Positions 31,449 to 41,501 of a DNA stretch of 64,000 nt are shown here, piece by piece (the first letter of the stretch is position 1; each line of letters begins with the position of its first letter). Below the pieces are notes generated by a model. It was not told the origin of the DNA and ran no database searches. It worked only from the letters and a program-made list of their open reading frames with translations. The translations under genes were made by a program, and so were the position numbers. This DNA is from Thermoanaerobaculia bacterium (lineage in GTDB: Bacteria > Acidobacteriota > Thermoanaerobaculia > Gp7-AA8): the NCBI GenBank assembly GCA_035536275.1, contig DATLOL010000031.1, positions 5,130 through 69,129 of the forward strand, read 5' to 3'.

Positions 31449-32539
31449 GACACCGCTACGGTTACCTCGACCCCGATCTGATCCGGCAGCTCCTCAGCGA
31501 GATGGGCCTGCGCCGGCTCTTCAACCATCTCCTCCTGCAGAGCGGGGGCGACGTCGACGAAGCGATGCGCTGGATGCGCGCGCTGCAGGACCGCGGCTAC
31601 ATCGATCAGGACGTCGACCTCGACGCGTTCTTCGCGCAGCTCATGCAGGAGAACGTGATCGGGACGGACGGCAATGGCAACCTCTCGCTTGGCGTCGCCG
31701 GCGAGCGCCAGATCCGACGCGATGCGCTGGACGAGATCTTCGGCGGGCTGCAGAAGTCGATGACCGGCTCGCACTCGGTGGCGACGGCGGGGCAGGGGAC
31801 GGAGCGGCTCACCGAGACGCGCCAGTACCAGTTCGGCGACGACCCGATGTCGATCGACTCCATCCGCTCGCTGCAGAACGCGATGAAGCACAACGATCCC
31901 GACGGTCACATCTCCATCGCCGAGGAGGATCTGGAGGTGTTCGAGACCGAGCACAACTCGTCGTGCGCGACGGTGGTGATGATCGACATCTCGCATTCGA
32001 TGATCCTCTACGGCGAGGACCGCATCACGCCGGCGAAGAAAGTCGCCCTCGCGCTGACGGAGCTGATCCTGACCAAGTATCCGAAGGACGCCATCGACGT
32101 GCTCCTCTTCGGCGACGACGCGCGCGAAGTGCCGATCTCCGAGATCCCGTACGTGCAGGTTGGACCCTTCCACACGAACACGAAGGCGGGACTGCAGCTC
32201 GCGCAACAGATCCTCTGCCGGCGGAAGCACAACAACAAACAGATCTTCATGATCACGGACGGGAAACCGTCCGCGCTGACGGAGAACGGGCGTCTCTACA
32301 CGAACTCGTTCGGGCTGGACATGAAGATCGTGAACCGCACGCTCGAGGAGGCGGACCGCTGCCGCCGCGCGAACATCCCCATCACCACGTTCATGCTGGC
32401 CACGGATCCGATGCTCGTGAATTTCGTCGAGCAGCTCTCGCAGATCAACCGCGGGCGCGCGTTCTACTCATCGCCGGATCGCCTGGGCGAGTACATCCTG
32501 GCGGACTACATCCGGAACCGGCGCAAGTTCGTGCACTGA
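31445..32539 (+). CDS. VWA (von Willebrand factor A) domain protein, CoxE-like
   Basis: An in-frame GTG at 31445. A MIDAS-like VVMIDISHSM is followed by the VLLFGDDA and FMITDGKPSA strands typical of a VWA fold. Confidence 0.8.
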   Translation: MRHRYGYLDPDLIRQLLSEMGLRRLFNHLLLQSGGDVDEAMRWMRALQDRGYIDQDVDLDAFFAQLMQENVIGTDGNGNLSLGVAGERQIRRDALDEIFGGLQKSMTGSHSVATAGQGTERLTETRQYQFGDDPMSIDSIRSLQNAMKHNDPDGHISIAEEDLEVFETEHNSSCATVVMIDISHSMILYGEDRITPAKKVALALTELILTKYPKDAIDVLLFGDDAREVPISEIPYVQVGPFHTNTKAGLQLAQQILCRRKHNNKQIFMITDGKPSALTENGRLYTNSFGLDMKIVNRTLEEADRCRRANIPITTFMLATDPMLVNFVEQLSQINRGRAFYSSPDRLGEYILADYIRNRRKFVH

Positions 32540-32585
32540 CGACCCCGCGGAATGATCGCACGCGCCTCGGCCGTTCTGCCCGGCG

Positions 32586-34193
32586 ATGCGCAAATTATTT
32601 GCGGTCTTACTCCTGCCCCTGACGGTCTCCGCGAACGAGATCTCTCACCGAACGCTGCAGTCCGGCTCGCCCATCGGGCCGACGACTCTCCACGACCGCG
32701 GTCTGCGCGGCGAAGGGCAGATCATCGCCATCCTCGACACCGGGGTCGACTACAACAACTGCTACTTCGCGGAGCTCGACAACTCGCCTCCGCCGTTCAA
32801 CACCGGCACGCCCGCGGGCGGGCTGCAGTCGAGCAACATCGACCTCTCGCGCCGCAAGATCGTCGCGTACAACTTCCTCTTCTCGTGCGCGCAGTATCCC
32901 GGCCGCGCCGGGTGCGACACGCCGGGCAATCCGGCGTCGCTCGACAACCAGGGCCACGGCACGCACTCCGCGGGGGCCGCGGTCGGCGATCGCGCGCCGC
33001 TGCTCGTTCACGACTACGGCGACTCGGTCGCGCCCGGCGCGAAGCTGATCGTGCAGGACGGCGGCTACGTCGGCGGCGACTTGTGCACGCAGTTCCCCGG
33101 CGTCGGCTGTCCGGCCAATCTTGAGCCGATCCTGAAACAGGCCTACGCGCAGGGCGCGCGGATTCACTCGAACTCGTGGGGAGATCGCCAGGGTCGCGCC
33201 GGCTCACCTCCGACGGGGAACTACCCGAGGTCCGCGCACGACATCGACTGGTTCGTCTACGACAACCCGGACATGCTGATCATCTTCAACACCGGCAACC
33301 TCGGGTCAAACACGGCCACGCCGCCGAGCTCGGTCTCCGCGCCGGGCAGCGCGAAGAACACGCTGCAGATCGGCGGAACGCGCGCCGCGACGACGTCGAT
33401 GAACGACGACATCATCGCGGAGTTCACGCTCTTCGGTCCGACCAAGGACGGCCGCATCAAGCCGGATCTCGTGGCCGGCGCGCGTGTCGTCGCCGCCAAC
33501 GCGGACTTTGACAACAACCCCAACACCTGCGATGTCGGTCTCGACCTCGGCACCTCGTGGTCCGCGCCGACCGTCGCCGGCGCCGCCGCGCTCGTGCGCC
33601 AGTACTACACCGAAGGCTTCTACCCCAGCGGCAAGCGCAATCCGGCGCAGGCGATCCAGCCGAGCGCGGCGTTGATGAAAGCCACGCTCATTGCGTCCGC
33701 GCGGCCGGTGCTCAAGCGCCGCGACGTGACGACCGCGCGCACGGTCACGGCGCTGCCGGTGCCGTCGCCGGAGCAGGGCTGGGGCTTCCCCGTCCTCGAC
33801 GACGCGCTCTACTTCGAAGGCGATGCCGCGCGCACGCGCATCGTCGACTACTCGAACGCGAACGGTCTCGCGCAGGGCGAGTCGCGCACGATCCGCGTCG
33901 AAGCGCGTCCCGGCACGCCGCTGAAGGCGGTGCTGGTGTGGACCGATCCGCCCGCGACGGAGCGTGCGGTGGGCGACACCACTCCCGTGCTGGTCAACGA
34001 TCTCGATCTCAACGCATCCTCGGATCGCCTGAACAACGTCGAGGTGATGACCGTCGCCAATCCGTCGGGCGTCGTCGACCTCACGGTGTCCGCGCGGACG
34101 ATTGGCTTCGGCACGCGCCAGGGGTACGCGCTGGTGGTGACCGGGGATCTCGTCGAGTCGGTTGCCACGAAGCGGCGCACGTCGCGGCATTGA
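32586..34193 (+). CDS. Secreted subtilisin-like serine protease (S8 family)
   Basis: Track ORF. The signal peptide is MRKLFAVLLLPLTVSA. The catalytic triad motifs are AILDTGVD, GHGTHSAG and GTSWSAPTVAG. Confidence 0.88.
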   Translation: MRKLFAVLLLPLTVSANEISHRTLQSGSPIGPTTLHDRGLRGEGQIIAILDTGVDYNNCYFAELDNSPPPFNTGTPAGGLQSSNIDLSRRKIVAYNFLFSCAQYPGRAGCDTPGNPASLDNQGHGTHSAGAAVGDRAPLLVHDYGDSVAPGAKLIVQDGGYVGGDLCTQFPGVGCPANLEPILKQAYAQGARIHSNSWGDRQGRAGSPPTGNYPRSAHDIDWFVYDNPDMLIIFNTGNLGSNTATPPSSVSAPGSAKNTLQIGGTRAATTSMNDDIIAEFTLFGPTKDGRIKPDLVAGARVVAANADFDNNPNTCDVGLDLGTSWSAPTVAGAAALVRQYYTEGFYPSGKRNPAQAIQPSAALMKATLIASARPVLKRRDVTTARTVTALPVPSPEQGWGFPVLDDALYFEGDAARTRIVDYSNANGLAQGESRTIRVEARPGTPLKAVLVWTDPPATERAVGDTTPVLVNDLDLNASSDRLNNVEVMTVANPSGVVDLTVSARTIGFGTRQGYALVVTGDLVESVATKRRTSRH

Positions 34194-34214
34194 CCTTCGT
34201 TATCATGCGCGGCC

Positions 34215-35489
34215 ATGCTTTCCCGTGAGTACCTTCGTGAAAACGCCGATGCCTATCGCCAAGCGCTGAAGAACCGCAACTCCGCCGTCGACATCGAGCG
34301 TTTCCTCGAACTGGACGCCGAGCGCCGCCGCAGCATTGCCGCCGTCGAGCAGCTCAAGGCGCAGAAGAACGCCGCCTCGCAGGAGATCGCGAACCTCAAG
34401 AAGAACAAGCAGGACGCCTCCGCGCAGATCGACGCGCTGAAGCACTCCGGTGACGAGATCAAGCGCCTCGACGACCGCGTCGCGCAGATCGAGGACGAGT
34501 TCCGCGAGCTCGAGCTCGGCTTTCCGAACGTCCCGCACGAGTCCGCGCCCGTTGGCGCCGACGAATCCGCGAATCGCGTCGAGCGTCACTGGGGCGCGAA
34601 GCCATCCTTCGATTTCACTCCGAAGTCGCATTGGGACCTCGGCGAGGCGCTGAACATCATCGACTTCGATCGCGCCGCGAAAGTCACCGGCACGCGCTTC
34701 GCGTTTTTGTACGGCGCCGCGGCGAAGCTCAGTCGCGCGTTGATGAACCTCATGCTCGACGTGCACGAGCCTCAGGGCTACACCGAAGTGCTGCCGCCCT
34801 TCATTGTCAACTCCGACTCGCTGCGCGGAACCGGTCAGCTCCCGAAGTTCGAGGCCGACCTCTTCAAGCTCACGCACGAGAAGCCGCTGTACCTCGTGCC
34901 CACGGCCGAGGTGCCGGTGACGAACATTCATCGCGACGAGATCCTCGACGCGTCGCAACTGCCGATCCGGTACACCGCGTACACGCCCTGCTTCCGCAGC
35001 GAGGCCGGCTCGTACGGCAAGGACACGCGCGGCCTCATTCGTCAGCACCAGTTCGAGAAAGTGGAGCTGGTGAAATTCACCGCGCCCGACCGCTCGTGGG
35101 ACGAGCTGGAGAAGCTCACCGCCGACGCGGAGGAGATCCTGCAACTGCTGAATCTGCACTACCGCGTGGTCACGCTGTCGACGGGCGACATGAGCTTTGC
35201 CTCCGCGAAGACGTACGACATCGAGGTGTGGCTGCCGGGACAGGAGACGTATCGCGAGATCTCCTCCTGCTCGAACTTCACCGACTTTCAGGCGCGGCGC
35301 GCGAACATCCGCTACCGGAGCGGCGAGAAGAAGACGTCGTTCGTGCACACGCTCAACGGCTCCGGCCTGCCCCTCGGGCGCACGCTCGTGGCGGTGCTCG
35401 AGAACTACCAGCAGCCCGACGGTTCGGTGATCGTGCCCGAGGCGTTGCGGCCGTACATGCGCGGCGTGAAGCGGATCACTGGGCGGTAG
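34215..35489 (+). CDS. serS: Seryl-tRNA synthetase
   Basis: Track ORF. It has an N-terminal coiled-coil arm and class II motifs ([32 protein letters not shown]). Confidence 0.93.
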   Translation: MLSREYLRENADAYRQALKNRNSAVDIERFLELDAERRRSIAAVEQLKAQKNAASQEIANLKKNKQDASAQIDALKHSGDEIKRLDDRVAQIEDEFRELELGFPNVPHESAPVGADESANRVERHWGAKPSFDFTPKSHWDLGEALNIIDFDRAAKVTGTRFAFLYGAAAKLSRALMNLMLDVHEPQGYTEVLPPFIVNSDSLRGTGQLPKFEADLFKLTHEKPLYLVPTAEVPVTNIHRDEILDASQLPIRYTAYTPCFRSEAGSYGKDTRGLIRQHQFEKVELVKFTAPDRSWDELEKLTADAEEILQLLNLHYRVVTLSTGDMSFASAKTYDIEVWLPGQETYREISSCSNFTDFQARRANIRYRSGEKKTSFVHTLNGSGLPLGRTLVAVLENYQQPDGSVIVPEALRPYMRGVKRITGR

Positions 35490-36645
35490 CGCCGCCCACG
35501 ACTTCGTACACGAGGTCCGTTTGGCCGACGTGCACGCGATCGCCGTGGGCCAGCGTCGCGTGGTAGATGCGTGTGCCGTTGATCCACGTGCCATTGCGGC
35601 TCTTGAGGTCTTCGAGCGTGAAGCCGTCGGGGCCGCGGTAGATGCGCGCGTGGAATCCGGAGACGCCGAGGTCGGGGATCTGGATGCCGTTGTCGCGATG
35701 GCGGCCGATCAGGTACTCCGGCTCCGCCAGCGGAATGATCCGGCCCGCGAGATCGCCATTCTCCACGCGCAACTGCGCGAGCGTGAGCCGCACGACGTCG
35801 GAATAGGACATGCGGCCGTCGGTCGAGATGAGCAGCGAGGTGTCGTCGTCCGACTCTTCGTCCTGCACCGTCACCTCGGACCCGAACCGCGGCTCCCCCT
35901 GCCGCATCGTCGCGTCACCCTCCTCGGCGTTGCGTGATGGGCGCACTTCCTCGATCAGCTTGTTCGCGTACAGGCCGTAGACGACGCGATAGACGGGCAA
36001 CGGCTCGTCCGCGGACTCGGCCAGCTCCTCGAGCGTGCGCTGTGCGTTGATCAGGAACAGCAGCTTCCACTCCGCGGCCGTGAGCGTGATTTTCTCGTCG
36101 CGCGGGGAGGTGACCACGCGGAAGACCACCGACTTGTCCGGCAGTAGCGCGAGACACTGCTCCCACTCCTGAATCCGCCGCGCGCCTTCCATGATCAGGT
36201 TCGGCAGGTCGATGGAGATCGTGACGGCGTATGCCGGAAGCGTGGCGTCGTGGACGAATGAGAAGTTGCCGCCGCCCCACACGAACGCGTCGAAGACGAT
36301 CTCTGAGACTTGGATCTTCAGGAAGTCGCGGAGCTGCTCCTCGGTCAGCACTTCTTCCTGCACGGCCAGCTCGCCGAAACGGCCGCCGTCCCGCTGCATC
36401 AGGTCATCAATGCGCGCGCGCTGCTCGGGAGTGATCTTGCGCTTGCGCAGCAGAATCGATCCGAGGCGCATCGCTTCCTGGTTGGAGGTGGCGAAGATCA
36501 GTGCGCCCTGATCGAAAAAGAACGAGGCCGCGCGCGGACCGTGCTCGACCGCGAGCGTGCCGCTCTGCCGCGCGTTGCTCAGGAGCATCAGCACGTCGGG
36601 CAGACGAAATGCCGCGATGTCGCCGCGGAGCACTGCCTCGGTCAT
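35476..36645 (-). CDS. DUF4388 (PatA-like) plus FHA domain protein
   Basis: An in-frame ATG at 36645 (residue 143 of track ORF 35476..37071). The N-terminus has [21 protein letters not shown]. The C-terminal FHA signature is [24 protein letters not shown]. Confidence 0.8.
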   Translation of the reverse strand: MTEAVLRGDIAAFRLPDVLMLLSNARQSGTLAVEHGPRAASFFFDQGALIFATSNQEAMRLGSILLRKRKITPEQRARIDDLMQRDGGRFGELAVQEEVLTEEQLRDFLKIQVSEIVFDAFVWGGGNFSFVHDATLPAYAVTISIDLPNLIMEGARRIQEWEQCLALLPDKSVVFRVVTSPRDEKITLTAAEWKLLFLINAQRTLEELAESADEPLPVYRVVYGLYANKLIEEVRPSRNAEEGDATMRQGEPRFGSEVTVQDEESDDDTSLLISTDGRMSYSDVVRLTLAQLRVENGDLAGRIIPLAEPEYLIGRHRDNGIQIPDLGVSGFHARIYRGPDGFTLEDLKSRNGTWINGTRIYHATLAHGDRVHVGQTDLVYEVVGGATAQ

Positions 36646-36656
36646 CGGCGGCGATT

Positions 36657-37568
36657 CTACGCGAGCGCTGCCGCGACGGCCCAAAGCCCGGCGGCGGAGA
36701 TGACGATCCAGAGCAGGACGCCGAGGAGGAGCGGACGCAGTCCGACCGCAGCAAGACTGCGCCGGGAGAGTGAGGCACCGATGAGAAACAACGTTGCCGT
36801 CAGCCCGTGCTTCGCGGCGCGCACGAGCCATTCCCACGGCGCGTCGACGTAGGTGCGGATCACCGCCGCGATCACGAAGAAGAAGATGAACCACGGAACC
36901 GCGATCTTCGCGTTCCTTCGATGAAACGCGAGTGCGGTCGCCAGCGCGAGCGGCACGATCCAGAGAGCACGTGCGAGCTTCACCGTCGTCGCGATCTGCA
37001 GTGCGTCTGCGCCGTATGCCGCGGCGGCGCCGACCACGGAGCTCGTGTCGTGTATGGCGATCGCGGCCCAAACGCCGAACTGCGTCTGCGTGAGCCCCAG
37101 GGCGCGGCCGATCGCGGGAAACGCGAAGAGCGCGATCGAATTCAGGATGAACACCGTCCCGAGCGATACCGACATCTCTTCATCGCTCGCGCCGATGACC
37201 GGCCCGACGGCGGCGATCGCGCTCCCGCCGCAGATCGCGGTGCCCGACGAAATCAGATGCGCGGTGCCGCGGCCGATGTTCATCGCGCGGCCGAGCCACC
37301 ACCCGAGGAGCAGCGTGCCGGCGATCGTGGCGATGGTGAAGAGGAGACCGGTGCGTCCGGCCTCGACGACTTTGCCCAGGTTCATGCCGAAGCCGAGACC
37401 GACGACGGAGACCTGCAGGAGGAACTTCGCGGCCTTCGAGGTCTGGAACGGCGGAGCGCCCATCGTCAGCGCGAGCGAGAGGCCGAGCGCCAGCGCGACC
37501 GGCGGCGAGCACCACGGAGTCAGGCAGAAGAGGAACAGCGCGGCGAACGCCGCCTTGTGAAAGGTCAC
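36657..37568 (-). CDS. YeiH/UPF0324 family membrane protein (putative sulfate exporter family)
   Basis: Track ORF trimmed to the GTG at 37568, which gives a GTGA overlap with the upstream stop. It has about ten TM segments and SSGTAICGGSAIAA. Confidence 0.8.
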   Translation of the reverse strand: MTFHKAAFAALFLFCLTPWCSPPVALALGLSLALTMGAPPFQTSKAAKFLLQVSVVGLGFGMNLGKVVEAGRTGLLFTIATIAGTLLLGWWLGRAMNIGRGTAHLISSGTAICGGSAIAAVGPVIGASDEEMSVSLGTVFILNSIALFAFPAIGRALGLTQTQFGVWAAIAIHDTSSVVGAAAAYGADALQIATTVKLARALWIVPLALATALAFHRRNAKIAVPWFIFFFVIAAVIRTYVDAPWEWLVRAAKHGLTATLFLIGASLSRRSLAAVGLRPLLLGVLLWIVISAAGLWAVAAALA

Positions 37569-38239
37569 AGAGTGCGGCGGAACAGATCGAGAGTGCGCCG
37601 CCACGCGTCCGCCGCGGCGTCCGCGTTGTAGACCTCCGGGCGGGTATCGTTGAAGAAGGCGTGGTTCGCGCCGGGATAGACCACCAGCTCGACGTTCTTG
37701 CCCATCGACTTCAGTTTCGCTTCGAGCTCACGGCCCTGCTCCGCCGGCACGCCCTTGTCTTCCTCGCCGTAGATGAGCAGGAGCGGCGCGGAAAGGTTCT
37801 CCCACTGCGTCCGCACCTTCTTGAAGCCGCCGTAGAAGCTGACCGCGGCGCCGACGTTCGCGGTGTCGATCGTCGCGGCGTACTGCGCGAGTGCGCCGCC
37901 CATGCAGAAGCCGACCACGCCGTACTTTTTCGACGTGCACTCCTTGCGCGAGAGCAGATACTGCGCAGCGCCGGTCATCTCCTTGCCGGCGCGCTCGACG
38001 TCGAGCTCCATCAGCATCTTGCCCGCCTCGTCCGGCGACTTCGTGGTCTTGCCGTGATAGAGGTCCGGCGCGATCGCCGCGAAACCGGCGCCGGCAAAAC
38101 GCTCGACGAGATCCTCGATGTGCGGGACGAGGCCCCACCATTCCTGAATGACCACGACGCCCGGACCCTCGCCGGCGAAGTAGCCGCTGCAGGTATGTCC
38201 GTTGGAGGGGAATTGAACTCGCTCACCCATGATGTTCAT
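37565..38239 (-). CDS. Dienelactone hydrolase family protein
   Basis: Track ORF trimmed to the ATG at 38239 (alternative at 38230). It has VVIQEWWGL and the nucleophile motif GFCMGG. The track GTG at 38254 would overlap the divergent gene. Confidence 0.85.
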   Translation of the reverse strand: MNIMGERVQFPSNGHTCSGYFAGEGPGVVVIQEWWGLVPHIEDLVERFAGAGFAAIAPDLYHGKTTKSPDEAGKMLMELDVERAGKEMTGAAQYLLSRKECTSKKYGVVGFCMGGALAQYAATIDTANVGAAVSFYGGFKKVRTQWENLSAPLLLIYGEEDKGVPAEQGRELEAKLKSMGKNVELVVYPGANHAFFNDTRPEVYNADAAADAWRRTLDLFRRTL

Positions 38240-38248
38240 CTTATTGCA

Positions 38249-38503
38249 ATGCACCTGACGAAAGAACAGGTCGAGGATCTATCGAAGAAGAAGCGCTGCC
38301 CGCGCTGCGATTTCGACAAGACTCTCGGCAACGCGCTCTGCCGCACGTGTCGGACGAAGCTCCCGCCGCACATGCGCCTCGGCATCGAGAACATCGCGGC
38401 CAAGGACGGCGGCACGGTGGGGAACGCGCTCCGCGCCGCCGCGAACTACTTCAACGTGCACTTCGCGTCGATCCGCAAGTTTGGCGGCGGCAAGAAGCGC
38501 TAG
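38249..38503 (+). CDS. Small zinc-ribbon protein (84 aa), unknown function
   Basis: An in-frame ATG at 38249. CPRC-x12-CRTC is a four-Cys ribbon, and the tail is basic. Only ~9 bp separate it from the divergent DLH start, so at least one of the two starts or genes is uncertain. Confidence 0.45.
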   Translation: MHLTKEQVEDLSKKKRCPRCDFDKTLGNALCRTCRTKLPPHMRLGIENIAAKDGGTVGNALRAAANYFNVHFASIRKFGGGKKR

Positions 38504-39976
38504 TCAGCGGCTGCCGTCGGAGGACGCGTTCGCAGCCGCCGCGAGCTCGCGCGCCCGGGCGTCCTTCGGATCCTGCGTCACCAGCTCTTGCGCGCGACGT
38601 GCGACATCGAATCCCGGCGCCGTTCCCTTCAGCGTCTCACCCCACACCGCGCCCAGTGATGCGAGCCGATGCCGGCGCGTCGAACGTGCCCAGCTCTTCG
38701 CCAGGTCCCGCGCCAGCACGTGCCGCGTGAGCGTTTCGGCTTTCCCCGCCGGCACCGTTTTGTACTGCAGGCGCACCGTCGCGACGCGCTGCGTCGCGGT
38801 GAGGTTCGGACGGAGCTCGAGCGCGTAGAGGCCGGTGACGGACATGCCGTTGCGGAGAACGGACTCCGACGCCAGCGACTCATCGCCGCCGACGCGCTTG
38901 TGCTTTGCCACGACGCGGTCGTTGAAGGTGATGTCGACGCGCACGTTCGAAGCCACGACCGTGCTGCCGCCCACGGGCGTGTCGATGCTGAAGCGCAGGA
39001 TCGCGTGGTCGCCCTCGGCCTCGATGGCGGCAGGCGATGCCTCGACGTCCAGGCTCACGCCGCGACGCGGCCGCTTCACAGGCGGACCGGCGAAGTAGTT
39101 CACGATGGCCTCGACGTCGACGGCCGTCGCGGCGGGACGCGCGCCGGCTTCGAGCGTCTCGCGGATCTGCTGGAAGTTGTGCGGATCGACGGAGATGCCG
39201 AAGACCTCCCGGTCCGCTTCTTTGGCGAACGATCTCTCGGCGCGACGCTCCGCAGTCGCCCGTCCGACGCGCGACGCGGCGTCGGCCATCACCGGCGGAG
39301 GCGGGGGCGCCTCGAGAGCAGGCGCGGACGTGGCAACAGGAGTAGGCACCGGCGCAGCGACAGCCGGAGCGGCCGGCGCGACTTCGCGCTCGACCACCAC
39401 TGCCTGCGGGCGTGCGACTTCAGCGACTACGCCGCGGGCGGTGCCACCGACCACGCCACCAGCCACGCTACCCGAAACTCCGTTCTCCGCCTGACGCTCC
39501 ACCATCGGCGTCGCCTCGGCGATCTCCTGCGCACGCGCCTGCGAAACCGGCGCGGCGGCCACGGCCGCGGGCGGGGGAGGGGGAGCCGCGTCGAGCGCAA
39601 GCTGCGGCGGAAGCTGCAGGTCGGTTTCCTCGGCGATCTCGAGACGCACGGTCTCGGTCGGCGCCGCGACCGGGGTGTCCTGCGCAATGGAGGTCCGGCG
39701 CTGAGCCGGGGCGAAAGGCCCTGGGGCGACGGCGGCCGATTTTTCCTGATGCGCTGGACCGTTGACGACGTACATCGCCGCCACGACGGACGTCACGGCG
39801 ACGAGGACCGATGCGGCAACGCGCAGATAGAACGCGCTCGATCTCCGCCGCTCATTTTCCTGCTCCAGATACTTCGGGATGTCGGCCCTGATCCGGTCGA
39901 CGAGTCCCGCCGGCGGTCGCGGGACCGCGTTCAGGGTCAATTTGCGCTGGAGCTCAGCTCTCCGCTTCGAGTTCAT
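38504..39976 (-). CDS. Single-pass membrane anti-sigma factor with extracytoplasmic YfbK-N-terminal-like domain
   Basis: Track ORF with an ATGA overlap onto the ECF sigma stop. It has one TM segment (FYLRVAASVLVAVTSVVAAMYVV) and an Ala/Pro-rich linker. FGISVDPHNFQQIRETLEAGARPAATAVDVEAIVNYF resembles the N-terminal module of VWA proteins of the YfbK type. Confidence 0.65.
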   Translation of the reverse strand: MNSKRRAELQRKLTLNAVPRPPAGLVDRIRADIPKYLEQENERRRSSAFYLRVAASVLVAVTSVVAAMYVVNGPAHQEKSAAVAPGPFAPAQRRTSIAQDTPVAAPTETVRLEIAEETDLQLPPQLALDAAPPPPPAAVAAAPVSQARAQEIAEATPMVERQAENGVSGSVAGGVVGGTARGVVAEVARPQAVVVEREVAPAAPAVAAPVPTPVATSAPALEAPPPPPVMADAASRVGRATAERRAERSFAKEADREVFGISVDPHNFQQIRETLEAGARPAATAVDVEAIVNYFAGPPVKRPRRGVSLDVEASPAAIEAEGDHAILRFSIDTPVGGSTVVASNVRVDITFNDRVVAKHKRVGGDESLASESVLRNGMSVTGLYALELRPNLTATQRVATVRLQYKTVPAGKAETLTRHVLARDLAKSWARSTRRHRLASLGAVWGETLKGTAPGFDVARRAQELVTQDPKDARARELAAAANASSDGSR

Positions 39977-40527
39977 TGCACTTCCTCTTCGAGCATCGCC
40001 TCGATCAATGTGAAGGCCTTGTGCAACCGTTTGCGAATGGCCACCGTGGTGATCTCTTCGATGCTCGCAATCTCCCGGACCGCCAGTCCTCCCCAGAAAT
40101 GCGCCGTGACGGTGAAGCGCAGATCCTCGGGCAACTTCATGACTGCACGGCGGAGGCGCTCGGCCTCCTCCGCGTCCGCGAGCGTTTCCTCCGCTCCCGG
40201 GCGCTCATCCTGAATTTCGATCGAGTCCGGCTCGTCGAGCGAGGTCATCCGCCGCGGACGCCGGACGTGATTCAGAAACGTCGTGTAGGCGATACGGTAA
40301 AGCCAGGTGAAGAGTTGCGACCGTCCGTCGAAGCCCTTCAGCGCGCTCCACGCCTTCTGATACGTCTCCTGCGTCAGATCGGCGGCGAGATCGCTGTCGC
40401 CGCACAACCGGTACACCGATGCAAACACGGCCGAGTACGTCCTCTCGACCAGCTCCTCCGCGGCTTCCCGATCGCCCGCACGGATCGCGGCGAGGAGTCG
40501 ACGCTCCTCGTCCAGCGGCGTGATCAC
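39973..40527 (-). CDS. ECF-type RNA polymerase sigma factor
   Basis: An in-frame GTG at 40527 with GGAGCG upstream (alternative GTG at 40575). Region 2 is DLTQETYQKAWSAL..FTWLYRIAYTTFLNHVRR. Region 4 is LPEDLRFTVTAHFWGGLAVREIA. Confidence 0.85.
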   Translation of the reverse strand: MITPLDEERRLLAAIRAGDREAAEELVERTYSAVFASVYRLCGDSDLAADLTQETYQKAWSALKGFDGRSQLFTWLYRIAYTTFLNHVRRPRRMTSLDEPDSIEIQDERPGAEETLADAEEAERLRRAVMKLPEDLRFTVTAHFWGGLAVREIASIEEITTVAIRKRLHKAFTLIEAMLEEEVQ

Positions 40528-40634
40528 TGACTCACGCTCCGCTTCCGGTACCGGAAATGGGGCGACTTCGGCCACGTTCTCTTGGACACCTCTTCGGGCG
40601 ATTTCGAAACCACCTGCACGATATGCTAGCGCGC

Positions 40635-41501
40635 ATGAAACGTTTCGCTGTGCTTGCGTTTGCCGCGCTCGTGACCGGATGCGGAATGCAGGAGCCCAAA
40701 ATCGACACGAACGCGCACGCGCAGGAGGTCCGCGAGTGGCAGAAAAACCGCGACACCCGCCTGCGCAAGGAAGACAGCTGGCTGACACTCATCGGTCTGC
40801 ACTGGCTGACCGACGGCGAGAACACGGTGACCCTGACCAAGGCGAGCGCGCCGCAGTTGCGGCTGCTGCGCTCGGGCACGTCGACCGTGCTCCATGCGAC
40901 GGAGCCGATGACGGTCGACGGCAAGCCCGTGACCGGTGACGTGCCTCTGCGAGCCGACGCCGATGAAGGCGGCCCGACGATCGTGCAGATGGGCAGCGTG
41001 CGCTTCAACGTCATCAAGCGCGGCGAGCGCTACGGCCTGCGCGTGAAGGATGCCGAGGCGGAGACGCGGACGGGGTTCAAAGGGCTGGAGTACTACCCGA
41101 TCGATCCGAAGTGGCGCGTGACGGCGCGCTTCGAGGCGTATCACCCGCCCAAGAAGATCCCCATCACCGACGTGACGGGCATGACCGCGGACAATATCTC
41201 GCCGGGCTCGCTCGCGTTCGAGATCGACGGCAAGGAGTACCGTCTCGATCCGATCATCGAAGAGGGATCGGACGAGTACTTCATCATCTTCCGCGACGCG
41301 ACGAGCGCCGATACGACGTATCCAGCGGGCCGCTATCTCTATGCGCCGCAGGCGAAGGACGGGAAGACCGTGATCGACTTCAACAAGGCCTACAACCCTC
41401 CTTGCGCGTTCACGCCCTACGCGACGTGTCCCCTCCCGCCGATGCAGAATCGACTACCGGTCCGCATCGAGGCAGGGGAGAAGAAGTACGGGGACCACTA
41501 G
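40635..41501 (+). CDS. DUF1684-family lipoprotein
   Basis: An in-frame ATG at 40635. The lipobox is MKRFAVLAFAALVTGC. The segments RKEDSWLTLIGLHWL and NPPCAFTPYATCPLPP are typical of DUF1684. Confidence 0.75.
   Translation: MKRFAVLAFAALVTGCGMQEPKIDTNAHAQEVREWQKNRDTRLRKEDSWLTLIGLHWLTDGENTVTLTKASAPQLRLLRSGTSTVLHATEPMTVDGKPVTGDVPLRADADEGGPTIVQMGSVRFNVIKRGERYGLRVKDAEAETRTGFKGLEYYPIDPKWRVTARFEAYHPPKKIPITDVTGMTADNISPGSLAFEIDGKEYRLDPIIEEGSDEYFIIFRDATSADTTYPAGRYLYAPQAKDGKTVIDFNKAYNPPCAFTPYATCPLPPMQNRLPVRIEAGEKKYGDH

Noticed and set aside
39250-39620. GC-rich low-complexity stretch inside the anti-sigma gene
   Set aside because: It encodes the Ala/Pro/Val-rich periplasmic linker of the anti-sigma factor. 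It has no periodic DNA unit and no inverted symmetry.
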